Below, one piece after another: positions 1 through 9,900 of a DNA stretch of 64,000 bases. Position 1 is the stretch's first letter, and every line of letters begins with the position of its first letter. Under the pieces are notes generated by a model. The model had not been told where the DNA came from, searched no databases, and was given only the letters and a program-made list of their open reading frames with translations. The stretch is from positions 124,001-188,000 of the IMG/VR virus record IMGVR_UViG_3300023296_000874; one strand, written 5' to 3'. The position numbers were made by a program, and so were the translations under genes.

Positions 1-2206
1 GGTACTTGTAGTCGCCGATGAGGATGTCATCTTCATCCACATCAGGCTGAGGAATGTTCACGTCAAGCTGGATGGTGCGGTAGTCCGTGATCGTCACGCC
101 GCTCAGGTCAAAGTCCTGTCCCGTAGAAGTGTTCCTCAGCCCGTAGCCCAAGGAAGCATCGTTCAGCATGGCGAAGATCGGAGTGGCCTCGGTCACTGCG
201 GCAGAAGTCGTCCGGAAGGTCAGGAGCGAGGCCTCGCCCACTGCTTCAAAACGCACGTTGAGGTCTTGGAGGTACTGGAAGGCAAAGGTCTCCTGCACCT
301 CGATGATTGCCGTGCCCTGGATCCAGAGGTCCACCTTGCCGCCGATGTGCTTCTCACGTACATCGTCCCAGTCCCGCATCATCAGGCTCTCACCCGCTTC
401 CTCAACACGGGCGCGGTGTACGCCGGAGGTGTCAAGTGCCGTGCGGAGGTAGCCTCCTGAGGTGCCACGGTCCACACTGACGTAGGAGAGCATGGCTCGC
501 TCAGCGAGACTGAGGTTGCTCTCCTGATCCTGTCCAAAGGTGGTGGCCTCGTTGTTGACGACACTGCTGAACCCGGAGGCTGAGGTAGATGTGATGGCTC
601 CCGCCGCCACGTTTCCCGTCGCCCCTGCGGTCACGGCAGAGATGGAGACGGTCAGCTCGTAGAAGCCCGTGTTCGCGTTGAAATACGAGCTACCATTGGC
701 CGCTGACATGGTCTTGCTCGCAGAGGTCACGAAACTCTGCGAGCTGGTGCCCGCAGCGCTATCTCCTCGGCTTGTCAGTGTGGTGCCCGCATCCACAACC
801 AAGTCCTTACTCGGGGCCGACGTCCGGCGCATGACGGCCTGTCCGATGGCCTTGGTTGCTCCCATACGCTCAGTGAGCGAGTTCATGGCGAGCTTGGTGA
901 ACGTCTCGTCGATGAGCGTCTGCACCTCAGCTTCGGTCAGAGCTACCGCAAGGGCGAGTGCCTGCTTGTAGTTCGATTCCTTGTAGGCGATGCTGGTGCC
1001 CGTCTGCTGAGGGTCATCGATCTGAATGAGCGTCAGGAAGCTCTGGGCTCGGCTCATGAAGTCGATGAGCAGCCAGATGCGGTTCATCTCCCACGCGGGC
1101 GGGTCTACGTGGATGTCACGGGTCACTGAGCCGGGGCGCACATCGATGTTCGACTGAACCCTGAGGATCTCGGTGATGAGTCCCTGCTGGATGGTGTTCA
1201 GGTTGCGGGGCGTGAGGTCCTTGACCCGCGTGCTCAGCACCAACGGCAGTCCTACAAGCTCACTCGAGAAGGTGCTCTCGTACTCAATGGCCAGGCTTGG
1301 GTCGTAGGCCAATGCCGTAGCGACGTAGTAGATCTCCTGGGTCAGTGCGATAGGGCTGAACAGAGCCTGCGCCGCATCCTGCTGCGGGTAGTCCGTCGCT
1401 GTGGAGTCGTTGGCGCGGACGTGGTTGAAGGCGTACACGTAGAACTTGTTCAGGGTCTGAACGTTGATGCTCGTGTCGATGATGACGTTGCTGTCGTCTG
1501 GGTCCACTTCTCGGTCGGTGGTTTCCACCGTGGACACTACCTTCTCCACCACCTCTTTGTAGTCATCTACGAGGCGGGTGTTGAGCAGTGTGTAGCCCGC
1601 AAGTCCGCCACCCGGCTCGGAAGCTGAGTAGAAGTTGAATCCTACGGTCATCGTGTCGCGCTCTACATCAGCGAGCAGCACGTCCTCAATGTGGGTAGCC
1701 AGGAACTCCACGCGGTTCGCGTACCGGTCAATCTTGATGCCGGTTGGTGCGTCAATGAGGAACCCAAGGGAGCCGTCAGAGACGTAATGAATGGTGAGCG
1801 TAGCTGCCGTGCTGAGGGAGCCGTCGTACCCTTCCGCCTGGATGAGGAAGACGTTCTGCCCCTCCACAAGCTGCGGGTTCGAGGGAAGTGTCAAGCTCCA
1901 CTCGCCATCTGAGAGTACAATGCCGCCTGTTGACCCTGTCGAACCGGTGGATCCGGTAGAGCCCGTGGTGCCCGTAGTCCCGGTACCTCCGGTTGTACCA
2001 GTGGTGCCAGAGCTTCCATCATCGAGCGGGAAGGCGTTGAAGTCCATCCCAGCGTCACTGCCGTTGGCGAGGACTCGCTTGGTCAGTTCATCCGCTGTGC
2101 CCGTGATGGTCTGGCTGAATGCGTTGGTCGAGTACAGGACCGTCGTATCCGAACCAGTGCCGTGGGGCTTGTGGATCTGAGGGATTGTTGGAGTTTCGTT
2201 TGCCAT
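1..2206 (-). CDS. Baseplate J/gp6-like wedge protein, partial (3' end runs off the window)
   Basis: Manual translation from ATG 2206 gives MANETPTIPQIHKPHG... and stays open to position 1. It contains the baseplate-J-like segments DVRPGSVTRDIHVDP, VTAGATGNVAAGSIT and TTFGQDQESNLSLAERA, and it follows the gp25-like gene. Confidence 0.8.
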   Translation of the reverse strand, partial: MANETPTIPQIHKPHGTGSDTTVLYSTNAFSQTITGTADELTKRVLANGSDAGMDFNAFPLDDGSSGTTGTTGGTGTTGTTGSTGSTGSTGSTGGIVLSDGEWSLTLPSNPQLVEGQNVFLIQAEGYDGSLSTAATLTIHYVSDGSLGFLIDAPTGIKIDRYANRVEFLATHIEDVLLADVERDTMTVGFNFYSASEPGGGLAGYTLLNTRLVDDYKEVVEKVVSTVETTDREVDPDDSNVIIDTSINVQTLNKFYVYAFNHVRANDSTATDYPQQDAAQALFSPIALTQEIYYVATALAYDPSLAIEYESTFSSELVGLPLVLSTRVKDLTPRNLNTIQQGLITEILRVQSNIDVRPGSVTRDIHVDPPAWEMNRIWLLIDFMSRAQSFLTLIQIDDPQQTGTSIAYKESNYKQALALAVALTEAEVQTLIDETFTKLAMNSLTERMGATKAIGQAVMRRTSAPSKDLVVDAGTTLTSRGDSAAGTSSQSFVTSASKTMSAANGSSYFNANTGFYELTVSISAVTAGATGNVAAGAITSTSASGFSSVVNNEATTFGQDQESNLSLAERAMLSYVSVDRGTSGGYLRTALDTSGVHRARVEEAGESLMMRDWDDVREKHIGGKVDLWIQGTAIIEVQETFAFQYLQDLNVRFEAVGEASLLTFRTTSAAVTEATPIFAMLNDASLGYGLRNTSTGQDFDLSGVTITDYRTIQLDVNIPQPDVDEDDILIGDYKY
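1923..2017 (-). repeat. Low-complexity (G-x-T)n coding repeat inside baseplate J-like protein
   Basis: Encodes GSS-GTT-GTT-GGT-GTT-GTT-GST-GST-GST-GST-GG. Confidence 0.85.
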
Positions 2207-2209
2207 GTA

Positions 2210-3025
2210 TCACCCGCTACGCTGGAACCTCGTATCCAAAGCACCCTGCTGAGGGGTGTTGTATACGAGGGACACTGGATCCGGAAGTGCGACCGTGGTG
2301 TCTACGGTCACGATCTCGGCGGATCGATTTGTGAATGCAATCTGGATATTGAAGGCGGTCGGTTCCAAGGTGTCTTGCTGCACCTGGAGCTTGAGAAGCG
2401 TGCCGAACCGCTCCCTGGGATCAACGGATGCCCCGCTGATGCTCAGGAGTGCTCTCATCTGCTTTGTCTGAGTGTCGGTGTACCGGCGAATAGCCACACG
2501 GATATCGGATTCCATCTTGGAGCGAATGATCGCTGCGTTCGTCACCTTTGATCCAATGAGGGACGGAATGCTTGTGCCGTACCAACGGTGGAAGGGGTTG
2601 GAACTGATGGCCGTCAGTACGATCTTCTTCATGTCCTGTACGAGCTTCTTCTCGTTGCGGACGGTGAGGAGGGTCCCGTTGATGTTGTACCGGTAATCGT
2701 GCTCCATCCGCAGCCCGTGACAACGGCGGCACTCAGAGGATCTGGTGTAGTAGGTGAGCTCGTAGAACTCATCCGTGGCGCGGCGTAGGCTGCGGAACTG
2801 AACAAGCCGGGCGGTGGGGTCAAGTGAGGAGGCGTCACGTACCAACCGGAAGCCGTAAGTGGTGTTGCCCACGTCCGTTACCAGGAACCCGTTGATCTTG
2901 AGTTCCACCTGACTGTTCGCAAGGGGTCGGAGCGTCTTGACCGTGCGCAAGTCATTCTCAATGGTGGACACTTCGTCCACCACCAGATGCGTGCAAACCT
3001 GCTCGATTTTGAGTTCCTGGGTCAC
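2210..3025 (-). CDS. Baseplate wedge / sheath-initiator protein, gp25-like C-terminal domain
   Basis: 271 aa. NPFHRWYGTSIPSLIG resembles the gp25/GPW motif. It has a CxxC (CRRCHG) and lies directly upstream of baseplate J. Confidence 0.7.
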   Translation of the reverse strand: MTQELKIEQVCTHLVVDEVSTIENDLRTVKTLRPLANSQVELKINGFLVTDVGNTTYGFRLVRDASSLDPTARLVQFRSLRRATDEFYELTYYTRSSECRRCHGLRMEHDYRYNINGTLLTVRNEKKLVQDMKKIVLTAISSNPFHRWYGTSIPSLIGSKVTNAAIIRSKMESDIRVAIRRYTDTQTKQMRALLSISGASVDPRERFGTLLKLQVQQDTLEPTAFNIQIAFTNRSAEIVTVDTTVALPDPVSLVYNTPQQGALDTRFQRSG

Positions 3026-4410
3026 CGCAGTCTCCAGAGAGCGCCGTCGTTGAAATACTGGACGTTCATGTCCAAGTGTAGGTGGTCGCCAGTCTTGTGG
3101 GTGGATTCGTGAGCGTACTCGTTGTAGAACGAGCGGATGTACCCCCGCCTCACTCCGAGTGCGCCAATGGCGGCTGCGAGCTCAGGCAGCGTGAGGTTCG
3201 TCCGGTCCTCGTCCTCTCCGATCAGGTCAAACACCAGGTCGATAGCGTTGCCAGTGAAGTGGGCAACGCCGCCGTGGTTTGCCGTCGGGGGCCAGGCCTC
3301 GGTGACACGGAATGCGATGCTGTAGGTGGAGTATACTTCAGAGGCGAAGTTGGCGAGATCAGCGGCTACGTTGGGAGGTGCATAGAACAGGCCCGATTCA
3401 TCTCCACCCGATCCGGTAGGGTTCCTGAACAGTGCAACGCTCGTAGGGATCTCAACCATCACTCCGGTCTTGAATCCGTACTCATACACGTTGGCAACGA
3501 GCTGACGTTTGCGCCGTGGGATGTTGGCGAAGGACACATCAGGGAACTCACCATCGAGCTCTGAAAGGTCGCCGGGGTCAGAGGAGTCCGTGACGTCCGA
3601 TAGGATCTGCAAGCCTACATCAGAAGGCACGAGCTGTCCGCGTACCTGATCCTGCTCGTCGTCGTCGGACTCAGCCACGGGAGCCAAGAGCAGGTCGTAG
3701 ATGCGCTCAATGTCGTCGGGGGAGGTGACGTCCGTCTTGAGATCCACTCCGGCGCTTGGGTAGTCAGATTCGGTGCGTACCACCCCGTCGGCCCCGGTCA
3801 CTTCCACCTCATTCGTCAGGAACGCGGTGACGGCAGCCATTTCTTCGGTGTACCGAAGAAGCATGGTCTTCTTGCGGTCGATCTCGTCATTGAGTGCCAG
3901 GTATCGATACCTGAGCTTCGCAACTCGGTCCTCAAGCTGGTCTGCGCGCTTGCCTACGCCCCGGAACTCCTGCACGATCTCAAGGGAGCGCTGAGCGGGA
4001 ACTGCGTCATCATCGGGGATGCCGTCCATTTTATCAGACTGGAGGTCGCCAACCTGTAGGAGTCGAGGCTCGGAGCGCCATGCGGTGTCGCCGTGAGATA
4101 GGTTCCCGGTGAGGCTGTCGTAGCGCATGGGGAACTGGCTATCGGTTGCGCCGTCATGTAGCGCGGAGATCTCGGTGCCCGGCACAAAGGAGGGCACCGT
4201 CACAGTGTGTAGGCTGTAGGTGCGTCCACACACTTCAGCGGTGATCTCAAAACTCTCTGCCGCGTCCTTTAGCACCTCAGACCCGAGCCGGTCCCTCTTC
4301 GCCTCAAGAGTCGCAATCACCCCTGGAAGCGAGTGAACCTGTGCGTTCAGGAACGCATTGCGTTCGAGGAGCTGGTTCCGAGTGAATGTTCCGAGGTAAT
4401 CGTAAGGCAT
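3022..4410 (-). CDS. Virion-associated protein with C-terminal Hedgehog/DD-peptidase (M15-like) Zn domain
   Basis: 462 aa. N-terminal coiled coil, acidic linker, then RVTEAWPPTANHGGVAHFTGNAIDL...HLHLD, which matches the H-x6-D...H ligand pattern. Confidence 0.65.
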   Translation of the reverse strand: MPYDYLGTFTRNQLLERNAFLNAQVHSLPGVIATLEAKRDRLGSEVLKDAAESFEITAEVCGRTYSLHTVTVPSFVPGTEISALHDGATDSQFPMRYDSLTGNLSHGDTAWRSEPRLLQVGDLQSDKMDGIPDDDAVPAQRSLEIVQEFRGVGKRADQLEDRVAKLRYRYLALNDEIDRKKTMLLRYTEEMAAVTAFLTNEVEVTGADGVVRTESDYPSAGVDLKTDVTSPDDIERIYDLLLAPVAESDDDEQDQVRGQLVPSDVGLQILSDVTDSSDPGDLSELDGEFPDVSFANIPRRKRQLVANVYEYGFKTGVMVEIPTSVALFRNPTGSGGDESGLFYAPPNVAADLANFASEVYSTYSIAFRVTEAWPPTANHGGVAHFTGNAIDLVFDLIGEDEDRTNLTLPELAAAIGALGVRRGYIRSFYNEYAHESTHKTGDHLHLDMNVQYFNDGALWRLR

Positions 4411-4423
4411 TGCTCCCCCTCGC

Positions 4424-4438
4424 TACAAAAGGACTATG
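4424..4438 (-). promoter_or_regulatory. Candidate late promoter motif, copy 1 (CATAGTCCTTTTGTA)
   Basis: Matches CATnnTCCnTTTGTA and ends 13 nt upstream of ATG 4410. Confidence 0.65.
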
Positions 4439-4497
4439 TTCGAGGACGCTGCACATCCATACCAGATGCCGCGTTCATTGGTGTATGGAGACCTACC

Positions 4498-5073
4498 ATG
4501 GAAGTCATCGAGCCTGAAACGGCCTACTGGAGCTTGATCTCCATCGTGTTCATCATCCTCTACTCCTTCGGGGTGTTCAAGGAGTGGAGGGCGAAGCGTG
4601 CGGAGAGTGATCGCGAGATCTTCTGGATGAAGTTCGTGCTCGCCTGCGTCGTGGGCATCTTCTTCTCCGAGCTGATGGACGGCAGCTACATCCTTGCCGT
4701 GGTGTGGTTTGTGATTGCCATGATGAACATCCTCTCCATTGGGATGCGCACACGCTTGGTGACGATGCGGGCTGAGCGTCGAGCCACAACGGCCCAGTAT
4801 GAAGCTCGGGCTGAGGAGCAGATGCTCGAAATCAACACACACATCGAGCAGATGTCGGCAGATGGCCAGGCATCCATGGCCGAGGCCATCCGCGCGATGG
4901 TAGGCATCCCTGATGAGCGTCGCCAAGATCTCCTCCGCAGGTGTGGCGTTTCAACTGAGGCCGAAGAGCAGCTTGACAGCGTTGAGAGCGCCGCCGACTC
5001 CGGCAGTGCCACCGAGCAGGGTGACAGAGGCGACGTACTCTTTGGACCCAGCGGAAGGCACCCCCTCGATTGA
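4498..5073 (+). CDS. Membrane protein (about 3 TM helices plus coiled coil), antisense to the baseplate module
   Basis: GGAG RBS before ATG 4498. Three hydrophobic stretches. The 3' end overlaps the 4951-6687 gene by 123 nt. Confidence 0.6.
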   Translation: MEVIEPETAYWSLISIVFIILYSFGVFKEWRAKRAESDREIFWMKFVLACVVGIFFSELMDGSYILAVVWFVIAMMNILSIGMRTRLVTMRAERRATTAQYEARAEEQMLEINTHIEQMSADGQASMAEAIRAMVGIPDERRQDLLRRCGVSTEAEEQLDSVESAADSGSATEQGDRGDVLFGPSGRHPLD

Positions 5074-6687
5074 GTCATCGTTGAGGGCCTGTAGGATGCC
5101 GCCGTTGCCGTTGTCGGTAGTGGTGAACAGGCATCCGAAGCTGATCAGCTCAAACACCTGCAACAGCGCGATGATCGCCTGGATCACCTCAATGAAGGTG
5201 TTCAGCGTGTTGATCTTCGTCTGCAAGAGCTCAATGAATGCGATGATCTGATCCACTACTCCCGCAATGGACGCAAGCATCATCTCAACGAAGTTGCGTA
5301 GCTCTTCAACGGCCAGGATCACGGGCTCGAACAGGTCGCCAATGCCAACCTTGGTCCACCCCTCGCCCGTGAAGTCTGCCGAGCTCATCCACCACTTGCC
5401 GTCGGATGCGGTGGCCTCTGCAAAGGCGATAGAGCGCGCCGTAGTGGACTCGCCCTCACCTGGGATGTAGACGCCCTTCACCTCTGAAGGTGTGCCCGTG
5501 CCGCTGGTGGCCTTCAAGATGCTCTGAATGAGGGCCACGATCTTCTTCACCACGTCACTTGCGCCGGGGTTCACATCCGGAATGGTCAACGGGTTCAAAG
5601 GTCCGTACCTTGGAGTCACCTGGTACCAGTAGGCTTTTCCGGCCTCTACGGTCTCATCCAAGTAGGCGAACTGCTCGTGGGATGCGCCTACCATCGACTG
5701 ACCGAAGCCGAAGTTGACGTCCACCGTGTCGAGCTCATCAAAGGTGCGGACGGGCTCTCCTTCCTCGTCTCTTACCATCTCCCCGGCAGATTCCACTTCC
5801 CCAGCCGAGTCGAGCACGTCGTAGGTCTCGATCTCCCCGCCTTGGGTCTCGGAGCGTGAAATGGTGAAGGTGTTGGGGATGAGCTTCTGGTCAAGCTTCC
5901 AGGTGAGTAGCGCGGAGTCCGGTGTGCCACCTGTGGTCAGGATGGCACCAGAGTTCTTCTCTACGATCAGCTCTTCCCCAGTGAACCAATCAAACCTGAG
6001 CACGAGCTCCATGTTCTCGGGGTCGACTGCTACGCCCGCAGTCTCGAACTGAGATGCAAGAGTCGCGGTTGTGGCCAGGAGTGTGTCCTGGCGTGCGTTG
6101 ATGAGCTTGCCATCAATCCTGCCGTACCCGTCGTCGTAGTACTCGTTGTAGAACTCCCCGTTGATGGCACGCACGCTGAAGTTCTTGGGTGGGTTCAGGT
6201 TGGGTGCAGCCTTCTGCTTGAACAGCGCCATCAGGAAGCCAAAGGACGCCATCAACTCGCCAATATCACCTGAGGTGACTACGAGGTGGAAGCTGATCAC
6301 GGAGGCCGAAGAGCTGAAGTTCGGTCGGTTGGACGCGTCAGGGCTGAGAAGGGCGTAGGCCATGCGACCGCGCCAACCCGACATACCGCCCAACACGTTA
6401 GCCCCAAAGCCCTTGTCGGTAGGCTTAGGGGCGTCGACGTACATATACAGGCCCGTTTGGGAAAGGTCTGCAAGGAGCCCCTCCACAATAGCCAAGAGAG
6501 CCTTCAGAACGACTGCCAGGATGTTGGTGATGTCGAGCAGGAACACCTTGATGATCTCGAGGATCGTGGACACGATCTCAAGAATGGTGGACACCGCCTC
6601 AAGGACATCGCCAATAGCCTCAAGCGCGTCGAGTAGCTCTTCAGGGAGTCCGACGGATACGGAGACCCACTTACCGCTTGTTGCCAT
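4951..6687 (-). CDS. Hypothetical baseplate-region protein (helical termini, central FN3-like beta domain)
   Basis: 578 aa, operonic with the baseplate genes. The segment ALLTWK...YWYQVTP is FN3-like. Confidence 0.55.
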   Translation of the reverse strand: MATSGKWVSVSVGLPEELLDALEAIGDVLEAVSTILEIVSTILEIIKVFLLDITNILAVVLKALLAIVEGLLADLSQTGLYMYVDAPKPTDKGFGANVLGGMSGWRGRMAYALLSPDASNRPNFSSSASVISFHLVVTSGDIGELMASFGFLMALFKQKAAPNLNPPKNFSVRAINGEFYNEYYDDGYGRIDGKLINARQDTLLATTATLASQFETAGVAVDPENMELVLRFDWFTGEELIVEKNSGAILTTGGTPDSALLTWKLDQKLIPNTFTISRSETQGGEIETYDVLDSAGEVESAGEMVRDEEGEPVRTFDELDTVDVNFGFGQSMVGASHEQFAYLDETVEAGKAYWYQVTPRYGPLNPLTIPDVNPGASDVVKKIVALIQSILKATSGTGTPSEVKGVYIPGEGESTTARSIAFAEATASDGKWWMSSADFTGEGWTKVGIGDLFEPVILAVEELRNFVEMMLASIAGVVDQIIAFIELLQTKINTLNTFIEVIQAIIALLQVFELISFGCLFTTTDNGNGGILQALNDDSIEGVPSAGSKEYVASVTLLGGTAGVGGALNAVKLLFGLS

Positions 6688-6967
6688 TCTTCTTGACCCT
6701 CACTGTGTGCCCCTTGGCGTTGTTGGCGCGGGAGCGCATCATCACTTCCAGCTTCTTGAGCTGGCGGACGTGCTCCTTCTCGTACTCTTCCTTGGTCATC
6801 TCCATCAACCGTTTCACGATCTGAAGCTGAATGCGCAGCGGAGATTTGCCGCTGGAGAAGGTCCACCCCTCTTTCGGGGGGTTTTGCATCTCCTCTGCGA
6901 GCTTCTTCAACTCGGCTACCTCAAGCTCATCGATGTTGATGTCGTCAAAGTTGACCCTGAATTCCAT
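6671..6967 (-). CDS. Small hypothetical protein, baseplate module
   Basis: 98 aa, charged and helical, tightly packed between two structural genes. Confidence 0.7.
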   Translation of the reverse strand: MEFRVNFDDINIDELEVAELKKLAEEMQNPPKEGWTFSSGKSPLRIQLQIVKRLMEMTKEEYEKEHVRQLKKLEVMMRSRANNAKGHTVRVKKNGNKR

Positions 6968-6968
6968 A

Positions 6969-9900
6969 TCAGCCTCCCAGTAGCGATAGGATGCTCAGCA
7001 ACGAGCTGGATTCTTGTACGTCCCGCACGTACTGAGCGTGCCCGGCGAGTGCCTTGAACAGTGTGCCTGATTCTCTGTTCACTCGTAGGTCGAGGAACGT
7101 GAACCTCTGGGTGTAGAGGTCCTCAGATGTGCTGTCTGCGCTGAAATCAGGCTGGTCCGTGTTGTCGTACCCGAGGGCGGTGTTGATCTCTCCCAAGCGG
7201 GCGACGATCGCTACCATCCGGGCCTCCACCTGGCTAATTCTGCTGTCCAGAGTCACGGGAGTGACGGGCAGCACGGTAGGTGGCGAAACGGCGCTCACAT
7301 CCACTCCGGTGAGGAACGTCCACCGGGTCCGGATCTGGGCATCGCTTGAGGTGCCTGAGCCGGTGACGATCACGTCATCGTACCACGTCTGAAGGTTGTC
7401 CAGAGCGGCCTGCACGTCCACAATAGCTTCGCCCACCAGAACCAGAGTGGCTACCGCGTCGTCGTAGGTGGTCACTTCGGGGTCACCGCTTGGAACCGGG
7501 GTGATCTGCCCCGTCAAGCTGGTGAGGAAGGTCTGCTGTCGGGTCAGGGACTCCTTCTGGAGGTTGAGTACCAGGAGCTGCTGCTTCGCGTTGTCGGTGA
7601 TGGCCGTGAGGTCAGCGGGGCGTCCGCCCGATTGCCACTCAGCCTCGAGTAGTACAAGCTCAGCAGCCGATCCGTTCTTGAGCAGGTCGTACTCGTTCAT
7701 GTCCCGGTAGATCCACCCCAAGAAGTCCGAGTAGGTGGTGGGATCCGCCTCAATGTTCCGGTGGGGCGTGCCCTTCAGAGTGTCAGCCTCAATGGCATCG
7801 TCAATGGTCTGAAGGGCTCCAATAGCCATGCCCTCGTAAGAGGACGGAACGTAGCTCATGGAGCGTGGGGCTGCGGATTCGTAGGTGGTCAAGGGAGGGG
7901 AGGATACGTCGAAGCCCGCCCAATCAGCGCGGTCAAGTTCCTTCTCAGCCGGTGGGAAGATGGGAACAGCGTCGCTCGGATCTCCTGTATCCTGTACTGG
8001 AGCCTGGGCTTCGATGTCAACGTCGGCTGGTGAGATCGCGTAGTTGGTGTAGTCGTCGGCGGTGATGGGATGAACGTAGGTCGGGTCCAAGGAGAATGGG
8101 TACCAGTTCTCGATGAAGGTCGTAGGCGCTGATGCTGAGAAGCCGATGCTGAAGATGCCGAGGATGCCGAACGCTGTCGGCTCCTGGTTCGCGCCCTTGT
8201 AATGCTTGCCCTGCGGGGGCCATGGCGGGAAGGTCACTACAGGAATGGTCGGGTAGTCGTCATCCATCACGAGCCGCCCTCCGTCGTCCTCAAGGGACTG
8301 TCCGAACAGCACCGGAAGGCGGTAGGGGCGCGCGGGCAGTGCAATGTCCTGTCCCTTCTTGAAGATCCTGAGGATGATGCTTGCCGTGATGGGGAACAGG
8401 CGTCCGGTCCCCCGAGCACTCTCCTCAAGGTCATCGTTCGTGAGCTGTCCTCCGTAGCCCCCTGTCACCTCACCGCTGAGCTCCTGCTTCTCCGATTCCA
8501 AGTATCCAACGCGGGTGGTCATGAAGTCGTAGATGCGTTGTGCAATCAGGTCATTGTCGTAGAGGTCTCCCACCTTGGTCACTGGCGTCTCGAGTCCGCT
8601 CTGGTGGTTCCCGCCGCTTGCTGCAACCGCAGGTGAGGAGCCTGCTGATACCTGCCCAGCCTTCTGCCGTACTGCACTCTCAACCACCGCCTGGTAGATG
8701 GCTGCTTGGGTGGAGTTGTTGACCACCCTGAAGTAGAAGGTGTCAGGCACCACGTAGTCCATCGATCCGCGCAAGCCCACACCGGAGGGTGAGACGCTGT
8801 AGTACGAGTAGGCGATGGTGAGCTCGTCACGTAGCGCGGAGAGGCGGAATGGCACGTACCGGATGACGATGGTGTCGTCAGATGCGTCCACAGGATCACG
8901 GAAGGTGATTGTGCCGTCCAAGGCTACGGTGTAGTCGATTCCGAAGTCCAGGTCTACGGCATTCCGGATCACCCGGATGCTGCGCCCACCCAAACCGGGA
9001 AATCTATCTTCCAGAGTCAGGAGATCTATGTTCCCGTTATAGCGGTCAGGGATTTCGTGGATGGGCGTGTAGAAGGTCTTGAGGTCCTCATCTCCTACTG
9101 TCGGGATCGGTACAGTCGTGATCTCAATGACGTTGGCTGCCTTGACGGGCTGTGTGAGCTGCTTTGTGAGCGATACGATCAGGTCAGTGCCATCGGTCAC
9201 CGCGCCCTTGATGGCGTAGACGTCCAGGTCGTTCACCCGGAGCAGGATGCCCTCGTAGTAGGCGGCTTCGTTGACGGCCTCGTTGAGCAGCGTGAAAGTA
9301 CTCACCCCTTCCGAGATGTCATCGTGAGTTCCGACCGCATCCATCCAGGTCACGGTGCTCTTGCTACGGAAGGTGCTCGGGTTGATGTACTTGGTGCGCG
9401 TGCCCGCTCCGAGGGTCAGTGTGGTCTTCAGTGTGGTGCCGTCGTAGGCTGAGGAAACGATGTGGTAGTGGTCGTCCTCGAGCTTCAACACCACACCGGC
9501 AACGTACTCAGCGGTACGGTCGCCGTCAACGGCGATTGTCAGCACGTCAGGCTCCAACTCCACACGGTTGAGCTGGATTGGCGGCCTCTGCACGGAGAAG
9601 CTGAACTCACCGCCCGCAGCGGGGTCCGCTCCAGTGATGAGGATGCCCACACGTCCAATGCCTGGCACCTCCACGGAAGGGCTCTTGACGTCCGCTCCCG
9701 TGATTACGGTCCCCTCGGACCCCTCCTCGTCGGTGGTGTAGTCAACGGTGGGATGGTCACCTTCGAACAGGGGGCGGTCGATGTTGATCCAGCCCGCTTG
9801 CGGCACGATGTTGTACTCGTCGATCTCCACACCGTTGACGTAGAAGGAGAAGTTGATGTCTACGAACGCGGTGTCCTCAATGAACACGTTGCCGAGCAGA

